Notes: generated by a model from the sequence alone, not told the origin. DNA of 64,000 nt from Leucoraja erinacea (GCF_028641065.1 NC_073377.1:156550001-156614000), one strand, 5' to 3'. Counted from the stretch's first letter, positions 37,529 through 51,844 are shown. A program made the numbers and translations.

Positions 37529-38470
37529 GAATATTGCTGGCCTTGCATAGATGTGTGAACTTTGGATTCAGTTCTGGCTTGATGGCGTCTTTCTGGAAGC
37601 AGTTAATTTCAAAATGAGCATTGCACAGCAGTGCCATAGCATCCTGCTGAACTTCGGACAATTGAACGTCATCGATTGACCTAGCAAAGGCCGTGATACC
37701 TGCGTGATACTTGTGTGATAGCCTCACGATCCGTTGAAGCTTCAGTACTTTGGATTTTGTCGTGGCCCCAATATAATGCCAAATAGTGGCGTTAACTAAG
37801 GGCACATTTAAGGTTGCACAATTTTCTGGACTGGGATATTTCGCAGCCTTATCCGCCATAGTCACTTCCTTCAGCTGGTGGGAAGTGAGGTAGCTGATGC
37901 TTCTGGCCAACTCCCCTTGAAGTGGCTTGCCTGTCCCCGAAGGAACAACAAATTTGGATGCAAGAGCGGGCAACTCTTCTTTATGCGAATCACGCACATC
38001 GTGCATTACAGCATGGGCCTCCGACACACATTCATATTCGGAGTCACCTGCATACTGATTTCCGAAACTCCCCTCGACCAAGTGGGAGGAAATAAGCAAC
38101 CCTGAACCAGGAGCTGCAGCAGGCGTTTGAATTGAACTGCCTGAGTATGCCTCCGTAGCACGGAGCATATTGTTTGCTAGCATCTTCTCCATAAGATGCT
38201 CCATCTGGGACAAATGGCCTAACACATCAGACATGGATGTGGGAGCAGTATCCTCCTGGCCTGAATCGTCTGACAGGACTTGCCTCATAGTTTTACCTTT
38301 GGCTTTAGCCCCCTTTGGGGCTGCCAAGCTGCTTCCTATAGGAACCATTTCAGAGGTAGCTGAGCAGACTCTGAGGTAGAAATGGACGGCCGCCGGCTTC
38401 CCGCACTACCGCGGTCTTTTGCTGCCGGCTTTACCGCGGCCCGTCTTGGTTTGGTCCTAGGTTTATCCAT
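37529..38470 (-). pseudogene. DIRS gag-like ORF1, 5' part (continues at 34714-34404 beyond the CR1 insertion)
   Basis: PSPENC..LNVP.VN..IW motif; ...CKASNIQL joins PKFLFGEDLSKQVK in frame once the CR1 and one AAGCT are removed. Confidence 0.8.
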
Positions 38471-40159
38471 AATCAAACTTAGAGATTTGTTGAAAAAATA
38501 AAGTATACCAAACCCACCCAGAGCAAGTTTGCACTTACCTGAGAGGTTTTTAAACTTACCGCTGGAGGAACCGACGTTCCCCCCAGCCAATCCATGCGCC
38601 ATGCGTTTGACGTAATGACGCGCATGTGTACTGGCGGGCTCTTCACGTAGTCACCCACGTGCCTTCAATATAAAATAAGCTTAGAGCAAAATTGCATCCA
38701 CATGGATTCTCTTAGTGCCTTGTGGGACTTTCCACCAACAACTTACCCGATAATGTAACACCCAGTTTTCAAATAGTTCTTGTTTACTCTCATCCAACCA
38801 GCTTTGAATAATGCTATATTGCCTCAGTTTCTACTATTTTTAAAAGTTAACATTTAAAATGTATCCTTCATGCTAAAGTTTTACTATTTACTCCACACTC
38901 TTATCACACTTTGTCCTGCCCTCCCTTATTATTTCAACTACTTTTCTGCGATCACAAATTCCAACATTTCAATTTCTTACACCTCATTTGCTGGAAGGCA
39001 TGGAGGTGGTGCATAAGGTTTGGAGGCATCTTTGCCAACCATACAGCCATGTGAGATGTACAGGAAGGACCATAATAAAGACTTTATTAATCCATAATTT
39101 ACAATAGGGTCAATAGTGCTTTATTTGTCAAATACTCTATGCAACTGCACAGTGATATTCTTTTTACATATAGTGCGCATACAGGCACTACCATGTTCTG
39201 TGCCATTTTTCTAAGTCTGGTCCGCCCACGCACTCAGAGTACTGGAGCAGTTCCCGTAAACCGACATCCCTCTCCTCTCCTGGCCATCTGTGCAACCCGG
39301 GCGCTTCCTGCAGCCAACCATGAAGTCTCTGGAGACATTACCACGTTCAACCTCCTACCGGCCCACTCCTGGCGCCCGGCGTTTCCCAATCCCTCCAGTT
39401 ATGCCGAGCGGCGAGCCTTCAGTTGGGTTACCGGTCTCATTGACCACGGAGCTGAGAAAGTTTAAAAATTTAAAAATGACAAAATGGATTCAGCTGCAGA
39501 ATTAGAAGCAATAAAGAAATGCCTTCACCTTTCTCCTATTACACTAGCAAAGCTTGCAGAAATGCTTTCACCTTTCTCTTATTACATTAGCAAGGCTAAC
39601 AAAGATGTTTTCTCCATTCTTCCATAACACTAGCGAGATAACAGCACAACTTCATGAATGTTTTCCTTTATGATATAAACATTAGAAGAATGTTCAGACA
39701 ACGGTTCTTTCCCTCTGCTCTACTGATTACAATGTACAAACAATAGATCAACAAGGTAAAAAAAACAAATGCTTGATCTGCAGAAAAATAGCTTCTTTAG
39801 CATAACCGTATGTGGGCTAACCTTTCCTCTCTCGGAAGAACCTGTCAATCTTAACAGGCAAGAGGCTGTACAATGCTCTGGAAGATAAAGTATTGCTGAA
39901 TTGCTGATTATTGGGGTATAAATATATCTGATTGAACATTACCTCTGTGTGTGGGGATAGTGTGAACCTATAGTCGGTATATTACATACTGGAAGAGTTT
40001 ACTGCCACACCCGCCTGCCGAAATAAAGATTTTACTACTTGATTACTAATTTTATTGTCTGTTTGAAGTGAAACGTACCTTAATAAAGCCTTTGGGTGAG
40101 AACTGCAGAGAAAATGCAGTTAAAGGGAAAGTATATGAGCCACAATGATGTAGACTAGA

Positions 40160-40500
40160 ATATTACATCTCTAGCATATGAGAGGTCCATTCAAAGGTCA
40201 AAATAGAATGGGGAAGAAGCTGTTCTTGAATCTGATGGCCTGTGCTTTCAACCTTTTGTATCTTCTGCGTGACAGGAAGGGGGAGAAGTGAGAATGACCA
40301 GGATGTAAGTGGTCCTTGAATATGTTGGCTGTCTTCCTTAGGCAGTGAAGTAAAGATGGAGTGGAGGGGTTTAAGGCTGGCTTGTCTAATGGAATGGGTT
40401 TTATTCACAATTCTCTGCCATTTCTTGCAGTTTTGGGCACAGCAGTCATCATACCAAACTGTGATTACCATTCAGATAAGGATGCTTTCTGTGGTGCACC
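40160..40500 (-). mobile_element. Rex1/Babar LINE fragment, decayed
   Basis: ITVWY...QRIVN...SI; H..FS.LP..RR...K..TIRFKNSFFP-like sequence across frames. Confidence 0.65.
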
Positions 40501-41454
40501 CAGACATCCAAAATTAGTGTCGTGAGGGATGATTCTCTGAGTAAACAAATATCCAAATTGTTAGACAGAGCACATAGGCCTAAAACTATGTTTGATATTC
40601 ATTGATAAACTAAGTCTGGCCTGCATGCACGTGGTAGCTGTCTATACTCCATAGAATTACATTATTAAAATACTAAAAGTGCAAACTTTGCACACTGTGC
40701 AAGATCAAAGGAAATGTTTTTCAATCAGAATCTTGTGGCTGTGGACATTTGATATAGGACATATGCAAAATTTCCATTTGTGAGAGGGCTCAAGATTGAT
40801 GGAGCATAGTTTCTGCAAAAGGGATGTGCAGGAGTGGATTACATTTTTGCTACAGGACTTGAAGATGCAGTGTTTGGTGTGCATTCATTACAGTGATTTA
40901 GGACGTCTATTTCTGTTACAGACTATATTTTGTGCACAATAATTGCTGAGGGATAAGTTGGGCTGCAATATTTTGACAGCATAGAGAGCTTCCAATTAGT
41001 GAAGCTGAGAAGTGTTGTCTTTAGCTTTTTTGTTTTAAGAGTTTCAAGCCAGTTGTTGGAAGCACGTGGCTGTGATGACTGAGAGAATTAATACCAAGAA
41101 AAATATCCAGGATTTATGTTTGCAAACAATAAAAGGCACAAACTGCCTTGCAGGGGTAATGAATGTAGGGACAGCATCAACTTTCATTTACTTAGGAAGG
41201 ATCTTGGAGATCATAGAGGGAAGTAATCCTGGGTTGAGGGCTTTTAGCTATGAGGTTAGAAGGAGGAAACTGGGGAAATAAGGAACTGCATCTTTACAAA
41301 AAAAAAGACACAAAGTTCTGGAGTTACTCAGCCAGTCAGATGAACATGGATACGTGACATTTCAGGTTGAGACTTTCTTCAGACTCTGAAAAAACTGGAG
41401 CTTTTTTCTTTGAATAAAGAAGATTGTGAATAGATTTTTTTTTGCAGAGGTGTC

Positions 41455-41618
41455 AAGAGAGAGCTAGGGCTCTTAAAAATAGCGGAGTCAGGGGATATGG
41501 GGAGTAGGCAGGAACGACGTACTGATTGGGGATGATCAGCCATGATCACATTGAATGGCGGTGCTGGCTCGAAGGGCCAAATGGCCTACTCCTGCATCTA
41601 TTGTCTATTGTCTATTGT
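41455..41618 (+). mobile_element. CR1/HER1-type 3' tail
   Basis: Tail motif with (CTATTGT)3. Confidence 0.8.
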
Positions 41619-44600
41619 GTCCTAGATCCCCAAAAACAAAATCCTGCAGATACGGGAAAACTGATGAAAGGCTACCTCCACAATTCTCTGACTCCACTCG
41701 GTATTTTCAGCTTTTTTAAAATTTTTTCTCAGTATGCAAGATCATTATGGGTTTAAATGGAGAGGAACCATTCCCACTAGTCGATGGTTAAAAGAGAGAA
41801 GATCTGAAATCATGAGAAAAAAATACCAGGGAGATGCAAGGAGACTATTTTTATTCATTTTGATGATCATTTTGGATATTCACTTTACAAAATGTGGGGA
41901 AACAGCAGGTGAGTAGGATTAATGGAATTGCTCCAAATGGACACACTCAGAATGATCTACTGCGCTATATTGATTCCATAATTTAATGGTAAGAATTAGA
42001 GGATTTGCATCATCACCACCTGCAGCTCAAATCATGTCTCCCCATTGTGCAAATTCCATTCCTCTAAGCACAACTCAGCAAATGCCCAAAGCAACCTACT
42101 GCCTAACTCTTGTTATCACCACAGTATGCTGTGTTTATCTGCCTTTCCGGTATTTATTGGGTCAATCCTCACACTTGAAGAGTGGATAATTCCTTGCTCC
42201 TTTCGTAGGACAAATCAATGCACAACAGCAACCAACTATGAGCAGTCAAAATTGCAGTGTATGTTCTGGGAAATATTAAGCTTAAATGTTAACCCTGCTT
42301 CTCTCTCCGCAAGTGCTTTGAATGTCTGCAGAATTATCTGTTTCTATTTCACTTTTTCAAGATCTGTAACTTTTTGTTTCACAAGTACGATCTGACACCA
42401 TTTGAAGAGCAAATTCAGAGCTGGGATTTGGAAAAGGTGACAAGAAATTGTGAAGAAGTTGCATCTCTGTATGGGCAGTCCATTCCACCAAGACATCAAA
42501 CAGAGTTCCCACGTGGGGAGTAAAGAATCCACTGAGATGCAAAGTCTTTGAATGTCCTCTGCCTGTATTTTCATGATTAGAAGCTGTCATTCCATATGGC
42601 CCTGTTCTGAGCATCAACAGATGATTTGCTCAAAATGGTGTGGGAGCAGTGTTCATATTTCTAAATATTTGAGCATACCTGTAGTTCTTGAATAGAAGCA
42701 TCTGTTCCTGGAAGAAAATGCTTCAAACAAATAAACCTTTTCATGTCAAAGTTTTGGTACTGTATAATGGAAATAATGTTGCTCATACCACTTGATTTTG
42801 ATTCATATGTCCTAGATTTTTAAGAACAATGCATTTCTTATTCTTCCCACTTTCAAGCTGCCAGAGGAATAGAATTAAATCGATGATCATTTTGAGCAGA
42901 GCAAGATGCTCATTACAAATGCCAACTAGGTTTGACGTATGCAATGACCTGGAATTTCCATGTAATTTTCATCCAGGCAGCAGAGAATAGATGGACTAAT
43001 GGGATAAACCACAGCAAAAGATCACAGCATTTTAAGCGGATTTGTGCAGTTCGCTACTTTACACCCATTTATGAAATATTTTATTCTGGTTTGAAGATCC
43101 TTTACCAAAGCAACCATGTTTACAAAACTGGCCACACCTCAAGACAGCTGCATATGCCATACAGATATGGCCATATATGATTTTATTGCATGCTTAGTTT
43201 GCCATTTTCTTGCTAAGATATTTGCATGACTTCATTGTATTTCCCTATCTGAATCAGAAATAATGACAGCACATATCAACCAATCAAAAGAAAAAAAAGT
43301 TTGAATTAAAATAATGAATGTGGGGAGAATCTTACATAATTGGATTAATGTAAGATTTTGTGTAAATGGGCAGTTGATGGTCAGTGTAAACTCAATAAGT
43401 TAAAGGTTCTGTTTATATGCTGCATCTCTCTATGAGTGATTCTCTGAGGTCGTGACAAAATGAGACGTTTTGTCTAAAGAAGGAATAATTTCATGAAAGG
43501 GATTGATTCATTTGCCAATAGAATTTAGCTATGTGAAGTGAGTCAAAGGCGAGGAGCGAAAGTCCTTATTATTAAGAAAAAGATGTTGGGATGGGAAATT
43601 TAAACTATAGATCTTATAATATATTGGTTAGAGGAGATATGAATTAAGTTCTGTAATTTTGGTGCCTGGAGGTTTATGTTAATAAAAAAACTGCGACAGA
43701 TTTCTTATGCAAAATACTGTAAATCTGTAAGGGCGTTTGCTAATTGGATAAATATCTCTCACGATGCCTGGGAACTTTAGATTCCCATCTAATACACCAA
43801 GAGAGCAACAGGAATTAAGTGTCATTTTTCAGTTTAAAGGGTTTACTCCAACTCTTTACATAGCACTAAAATAGATTTAGCCTTGACAGGTTGGACTCAC
43901 TGCTCAGCTCTTGCTCATTAAAAACATCTTATGATATTTGTGTCAAAAACAAATTCTTATTCAAATATGAAACATGGTGTTATTTGCAACTAGTTCAAGA
44001 GCCCCAGCTTTCACAAGGAATACAAACAAACTGCAACATCACAAATAACGAAACCATTTTATTCCACTTGTGAGAAAGTATAAAAGTCACTTATGCCTTT
44101 GTCACATTCAGATTTTGGAGTCTTCCTCAATTCTGGAAAAAATGAAACCCATTAAGTATCCTCATTGTTCTGAAAGTATGTACTGTGTGTAGTTCTATTG
44201 CTATTGACTATGAAACTATTAGGCACCTTGTCAAAAACTCTCTCAAGGGACCTTAGTGACGGAGACAGTCTTTGAAATGCAAGGAGCTTCTCCTTCAGAA
44301 GCAACAGGAAAAATTGAAGAGACATGAACCTCAGATACAAGTCAAGGAACTGTCTTCAGTAATGAGGTGGTGCTGTTTTATTCTTTTATTATTTTTCTGC
44401 AAGTATATAGTTTTCAGACACATGAAACAAGATCAAATGGATTGCTTATCTCCTAAAGTAGAAATAATACTAACATTCAATCAAACGGCTAACAGAGTTA
44501 AACAGTGGCCCTGATCTTGTGAGATCCTCTCGTGGTGCAAAATATCACTGGAGCAAGATTAAGTGGGGTTTGTGCCTCCACAACTGAAGAATGCAGGACT

Positions 44601-47199
44601 TTTGGCAGCTGTGCTGATGATGAGTGAAAACTTCATTATAAGGAATAAAAAATATTTAAACTCCGACCCAACATTGAATTTCATGCGCTTATTATCAATT
44701 GTGTTGTTCATGCATTTAAGATGAGTATAACAATACATTGATTTCCAGGCATTTATGGGCAGGTATTGAATTTACAATTATTGACTCAAAAGTTACATTT
44801 ATTTTGCTTAGAATATTGTCTTCTCAGCTTTCATACTGATGTAAACAAATAAGGTTTTGCAAGATGTTAAAGTCCAATTATGTTTCTTACAACAGTCTTT
44901 AAAGTATTTTATACTGTTCTATGTTCTTTTACTGTTTTATGTTCTATTACAGGCAGATAAGAGTTGTTCTTGGAATCATGTTCGACACCGTTGGTGTGGG
45001 CCAATTCCTGTGTTGTACTGTTCTATGTTCTAAACAAAACAAACATATTAGGGAACAAGCATCATTTTGAGGTCAAAGATGAAACCAGTCATGATCTTAT
45101 TGGTGATTGTCATCTGCAATGCCATCACCCCCCTCCCATTCTCCGTGTTACCTCCAGCATCAGCTCATGGACACCACCTTCCTCCTGAGGGGTGAACAAG
45201 CAGTTGTGTGTCCTTTCTCACTGGCCATGCTGTGGGATGCTCTGTGACAACTGTTCGGGCTGCATCGAAGTATCATGTATTGTATATTCATTCTTTAGTA
45301 TAAAGACCAACTATATTCACAATATTCCAGATGCAGTCTCACCAAGGATCTATATATCTGAAACAAGATGTCTCTATTCGTATATTCAAATTCTCAATCA
45401 ATAAAGGAAAATATATAATTTGTCTTCCTGATAAGTTGCTGTACTTGCAATATAACTTCAGTGCAATTTTTGGCTGTACGTTATATCATAATTTATTCTT
45501 CCTAAAATCTCTACAAAAAGCAACAAACTTCTTGATTCAAAATACATAATGTCGGGGGAATTCATTTCTGGATGCTGCCTGTGACCTCCAGTTTAAATTC
45601 CATTTGAAATATTTTGGAGGACCAAGAAACCAAGAACCAAGACTACCCGTCTGGCTGAGTTCCTCCAGCACATCATGCTTTGCTCAAGATTCCAGCATCT
45701 GCAATTCTTCCAAGGAATCTGATTTTTTTTAGCTTTAAATCAAATCATGCCTTTCATTAGAAATGAACGGTAAAGTTTAATCAGTCAAAAAATTAAGCAA
45801 TCAAAAATAAAGCAGGCTATCACATGCTTTTTAACCCCACTGGTTACTGGGGTTGTTGAGACTCAGCTGTCAACAATGTTGCTTTAATATCTGCATTCAG
45901 CTAAAGACGAGGGACAAAAGCATTTAGCGAGGAAACTGGTCCAGTTACGTTTGCCTGGTCACTTAATGGGTGTAAACTGTAAGACTAGCTTTGAGAGTGT
46001 AATAATTGTGGGACATTGCAGCGGGTAACAATCAAGTGCTCTAACTTCAGAAGCCCTCTCGTCGTTTCTTTCTATCGTTTACCATTGTTTTAAAATTTGG
46101 ATTTCTGTGAATGGGTGGAAAATGTGTGAATGGGTGGAAAATGACTGGCAGTGTAAATATTCAACAGTGTCCACTAATTTTGAAACACTGAAGTTAGGAA
46201 AGGAACTATTCTTCAGAATGGAAATCGGAGCAAAGATTAATGCAATATTAATGATGGATCCTTAAGCAGAAAGTTGTGGAAATGTTCTTATCACTAGTTT
46301 TTGAAAAATGATCATTCAAGCTGTACTCCTTTCATTGTAAATCTTCAATAGTTGCATATTCCATTTACATATAAAGCAGGGAAATTTCATATCATGCATT
46401 CTTCCCCTCTAATGCCAACAGATATGTATTACACATAATGAGTGCATTGTCACCCATAAATTACACTTCATTTTGCTTTTTGTTTCATTTTTGATGCACA
46501 AGGCAAATCTTAAAACAAGCCAAAGTTCCCTTTTAGTTTTAGCATCGATCTCCATCAGTGCAATCCGGACAGGGTTAAGGACTTGACCTGTCAGCAAAGA
46601 GAATTCCTCTATTGTTGATTCCATTGGCGGGGCAAGATCCCCGGTCATCTTGTGTAATCATATGTCCCATAATGTGGTTCTTACACATGTGATGCAGCAG
46701 TACTGCAGGCATGGAATGGAGACAAGTGCAATTCAAATAACATCAATTGAATTGAATCACTCATGACCAATGAGGTTGAGTGCCAGGGGACTGATGCTGA
46801 CAGCCTGTGCAACAAGGCAGTGGCATGAATGTGGATTTTTCCCCCAAAATAAATTCTGGCAAATAATTTGAAGGGCAGATAATTGGACCCTTAATAATAG
46901 AGGTTTCTCTCTAGCATCAAAACTAAATGCTCTACCTAAACCATTAGAGGAAAGTAATAAATAAAATGTTTGCTTATGTGTATTTAACCACAATGCCCTT
47001 AATCCTTGGGGATTCTCCCAATCACTTTCTGAAACTTCAATGGGAAATCAATGGTGCCTCTAGAGAAATGTCCCAAAACATTATTTATTTTAAAACACCA
47101 CACAGATTCAGTAAAGATACAATGTCAAACCAGGCTATGAATACCAGAACAAACCAAACCCAACCTGCTCTGCTCTGTTCTGTTTGATTGTCTGAAAGA

Positions 47200-47343
47200 A
47201 ATATCTCTATATCACCATCTATATCTCTCGTTTCCCTTTTCCCTGACTTTCAGTCTGAAGAAGAATCTCGACCCAAAACGTCACCCATTCCTTTTCTCCA
47301 CAGATGCTGCCTGACCCGCTGAGTTACTCCAGCTTTTTGTGTA
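47200..47343 (+). mobile_element. PLE 3' end (second subfamily), degenerate hammerhead motif
   Basis: CAGTCTGAAGAAGAATCTCGACCCAAAACGTCACC...GCTGAGTTACTCCAGC. Confidence 0.75.
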
Positions 47344-47744
47344 ATTGTATGTTTATGTAACCCCGTTTCTGATTGAGATCATGAATCATTCCTTATTCAC
47401 AGCAGAGCTTTTGACCTATGCTGTATAATTGGTATCCTCAATATCGCTAACATTTAAAGCTGCCTTTGAACTTAAAGGAATATTGAATTGTTAATCAAAC
47501 TTTTCTTGAAAAATGAGGAAAGGGCTAGAAGAACAGAGCACAGATTTCATAACAATGCCCAAAAAATGTGATGGTTTCTTTGATAGAAACTACATTGATT
47601 CAGAATAAATAAATAGTAGCAAATTTCCTAATATCTGCTTGATGCCATGTTCCCTTTATGATGTAATTTCATGTCAATATATTTTGTGTTGATTGCAACT
47701 TTATCTTCTGTTTGTAAGTTAAATTGCTGCAATTAATTTAAAAA

Positions 47745-50700
47745 AAATGTTTTTATTTATTTTATTAGAAGCAATTGTACAGGGATACGGCAATCGACAT
47801 AACAGTTATACAATTATTGTACAGCTTCATTTTTAACATTGAAACCTAAATATAAAAAAAACATTTTTAAAAATGGGAAAAAAGAGAGAAAATTTGAGTA
47901 TTCGTTTTTTCGCCGTTATTAGGCCGTAATTGAGGAAACGTCTTTGAAATATCGTTAGCTTAGAACAGGCCTCTGACATACCTAATGTGATCAGTTTTAT
48001 ATCTGGTTCCAATTTAATTTTAAGTATTTTGGAGAAGATATCAAATATTCCCCTACAGAAGTTTTGTAACTTTATACAGGAAGCGAAGGAATGGGTGATA
48101 GTCGCTTCTTGGAGGTGACAATTATCACAAATAGGAGAGATGTTTGGGAAGATCTTGTTCAATTTGGTCTTTGAATAGTTGAGTCTATGCAGTATTTTAA
48201 ATTGTTCCAGGGAGTACCTGACATTGAGAGAGCAGTAGTGTATGTATAGAAGGCTTTCCTCCCAGCTAGCCTTTGAAATTAATAAACCCAATTCGTCTTC
48301 CCATGCTCGCCTATGTATCTCAGAAGATGGGATGTGTGCAATTAAGAGAGTGTTGTAAATGTAGAATATTAACTTGCTTGTATCAACATGTCTATTCATA
48401 TATTCATCTAGTATATCTAGACCCATAAAATAACAATCTTGTGCAAATATTTTCACATACTCGGAATTGAAGATATCTAAAAAAATTGCTTGCTTTCAAA
48501 TGATATTTCTCCTGTAGTTCTTGAAACGAGAGGAAAATCCTCTTCTCGTAAAGATCTCCCACAGTTTTAATTCCTGAGCTTTTCCATTGTGCAAACGCCT
48601 TATCTAAAGTAGATGGTTTAAACGAGAGATTGTTAGCGATTGGTAAAAGGAGAGAGAAATTTCTCAATTTGAGACTTAATTTCAACTGTTTCCAAATGCG
48701 TAGGGTATTATCGGATTTTGCTCATACGTTGATTTATTCAGATGTGTTGGAGAAAGAAGGATCGTGCCTATATTAAAAGGCAAACAATCTTCCCTCTCCA
48801 TTTTAAACCAATTTATCTGTTGACATGTATTATCCATCCAGTAGTTTTTAATATTAGTCACCCATCTTATTTAGATTTACATAAATGTCTTTTATGTATT
48901 CTATGGGTTTTATAGTACCAAATGAAATTTGTGATAACAGAGTCAAGTTTTTTTTAAACTTTTGGGGAGATATATCGGTATTGATTAAAATAGGTATAAG
49001 AGTTGTGAAAGGAAAATCAACTTTAGGGCATTTATTCCACCTATAAGGGAAATAGGGAATGTTTTCCACAATTGAATGAGGGCATTTAATTTAGTAATTA
49101 ATGGTGGGAAATTTGTTTGAAATAGAGAGGTGTATTTTCTAGTCACATAGACTCCAAGGTATCTAAATTGTTCAGTAACAATTTTGAAAGGAAATGTTTT
49201 GAGTTGTGAAGGTTCTTGAGCTTTTATTGGCATCATTTCACGTTTATTCCAGTTTATTCTATACCCTGAAAAGGAACCAAATTGCCTATAAGGATAATAT
49301 ATTTGGGATACTGACTTGGGATTTGGTGATGTATAAGAGTACATTGTCTGCATATAACAAAATCTTGTTATTGGTATGTTTAGTATTGTATCTATGAATA
49401 CCCAAATGTACTCTGATGATTTCTGCTAAAGGTTCTATGGCTAAGGTAAATACCATTGGTGAAAGGGCACATCCTTGTCTATTACCCCTGGATAATTGAA
49501 ATTTAGGTGACAGAATTTGATTGGTCAATATTCTGGTTGTCGGATTGTTATATAACCGCTTTACCCGTGAAATAAAATTTTCTCCTAGTTGGAATTTTTC
49601 CAACACTGTAAAGATATAGGCCCATTCTACTTGATCAAATGCTTTTTCTGCATCTAAAGAAATAATTGTTAAATCTTCATTAATCGTTCTGTGTGAATAC
49701 ATTATATTAAAGAGGCATCTCAAATTATGAAACAAATGTCGCTTAGGTATAAACCCAGTTTGGTCTTGATGTATTAATTTACTAATGTACAGACTTAGTC
49801 TTCTTGCCAAAGTCTTGGCTATATTTTCCCCCTCTTTTTTCCCTCTTCTTTCCCCTCTATTTCACCTATCCTTTTAGTTCTATCTAGTTATAAAAAAAAA
49901 ACGAAGAAAAATGTAAAAAAAAAAATATTGGAGACAATGTAATAATAACTGTCAATGTTATCATTTTAAAAATGTAAGAAAGTAATGATGTAATAGACTA
50001 TGTACTTATCTCCTGTATTTAGAAGAGCTATTGCTCCATATGATTCAGGCTCTTCGAGATTTTTGTCTTTTTTAGGTATTAATGTAATGGTTGATTCAGC
50101 AAGGGTTTGTGGTAAGGTCTGTTCTTTAAAAGCATGTATATAAAGGGCTCGTAGGCATGGGGAAATTAAATAATTGAATTTTTTTATAGAATTCATTACT
50201 GAACCCATCTGGACCTGGCGTTTTCCCACTATTCAGTGATTTGATAGTCACTTCAATATCTTTTATCGTAATCTCAGCACTTAATTCTTCTCATTCCTCC
50301 TCATTAAGTGATAGGAGGTTGCAATTGTCAAGAAAGTTTTTGTTCTTTGCAGAGTCGGCTGATGTTTTTGATGCATATAGATTTTGATAGAATTTTTGGA
50401 ATCTTTCATTAATGTCTTTAGGAAGTGTGAGCAGCTCACCTTGTTCTGATCTAATTTTTTGAATAGTGTGATCTTTTTCCATTTTTCTCAGTTAGCGTGC
50501 CAGACGTTCGTGCGGTTTATCACCAAATTCGAAAATGTTTTGCTTAGTGTATTGAAATATCTTAATAACTTTTGCCGAGAGGATCTGATTTAATTTAAAT
50601 TTTAATGCTGCTATCTTATTATGTTTAACAGTAGATGGATCAATCGCATTTTCTGAGTCGATCTGTTTAATCTGTTTTTCTAATTCCAATTGTTCCAACC

Positions 50701-51530
50701 TGTTTTTTTTATTTTGAAAAGCTTGGTACAAAATAATGCAGCCTCTGATAAAGGCCTTGAAAGATTCCCACAATAATGTAGCTGAAATACCAGGTGTGTC
50801 GTTTGTCTCATAGAATAATTCCATCTGCTGCTTCAGGTAGTCACATCAACCTGGCTTAGTTAGTATTAGTTGATTAAATCTCTAGAACGTTTTTTTGTTA
50901 TGCATTCCTTCTAGTTTTAAGGAGAAGGTTAACGGACAATGGTCAGAAATGATATTATTGTGATATTTAGGATTGAATGTAAAATGGATCAGTTTTGAAT
51001 CCACCAGAAAATAATCAATTCGTGTATACGTTTTGTGAACACATGAATAAAAAGAGTATTCTCTTCCGGATGGATTGGCAATCCTCCAGACATCGGTTAT
51101 GTTTGTGTTTTTTATGTAAGTATTTAAAAGTTCGCTGGATTTTGATTTTAAAGTGTTTCTCCTTTGCTGTGAAGATTTATCCAAATATGGATATAATACA
51201 CAATTTAGGTCTCCAATTATCAGATTTTGCTGACAGGGGTCTGAAATTATATTAAATATTTTATTAAAAAATTGTGGGTTATCAAAATTAGGAGCATAGA
51301 TGTTCACCATAGTAAGTGGGGTTGTGTGTAATTCCCCAGATACTATAATGTACCTACCTTCCTTATTGGCTATAGTGGATTTGTGTTTAAATGGTGTACC
51401 TTTACGAATTAGAATTGCAGTACCTCTTGCTTTGGAAAGAAAAGTAGAGTGATATACTTGACCAATCCAGCTAGCCTTCAGCCTGTTTTGAGCTCCATTT
51501 TTGAGATGCGTCTCCTATAAAAAATATTAT
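47745..51530 (-). mobile_element. L1 LINE ORF2, decayed and 5'-truncated
   Basis: EN motifs NIYAPN, GDLN, RIDYFL, SDH; RT motifs DQTGFI, DAEKAFD, RQGCALSP, LYADN, YLGV; C-terminal CxxC...H...C; AATAAA-rich end near 47750. Confidence 0.92.
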
Positions 51531-51844
51531 ATCAGAATTAAATTGCTGCAATTAATGACATGTCAAACTCCCACACATCCAACTGCTGCTTTGTTAAGAA
51601 GGCATTTGTGTTTCAGATCAAGGAAATCTTCGTCCCTATTCCTTATTATCCAAATAGAAACAGAGGTTACAGTATTTCAAAATTCAAACTCTGAAGCTTC
51701 TGAATGATAGAAGTAAAATGTATGCAATAATCAACTCAAGTGATTAACTTTAATATAAACTGCATCATCATCATTAATATCTTTTGATTTTTTACTAGGG
51801 TCTGAATGTCATGTTAAGGTTCGTCTAGAGAAATGGATATTGTT

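Larger units (their letters stand above)
31008..38675 (-). mobile_element. DIRS1-type tyrosine-recombinase retrotransposon, full-length structure, ORFs disrupted
   Basis: Inverted terminal repeats (GTGAAGAGCCCGCCAG...ATGCGCGTCA), internal complementary region at 31232-31341, TTTT termini, and gag, RT, RNase H, MTase-like and YR remnants in DIRS order. Confidence 0.93.

Noticed and set aside
38640-38660. Another TTCACGT match as a possible HDV-like loop (also near 5365)
   Set aside because: No flanking P3/P1/P2 pairing; these lie in the DIRS terminus and a DNA element arm
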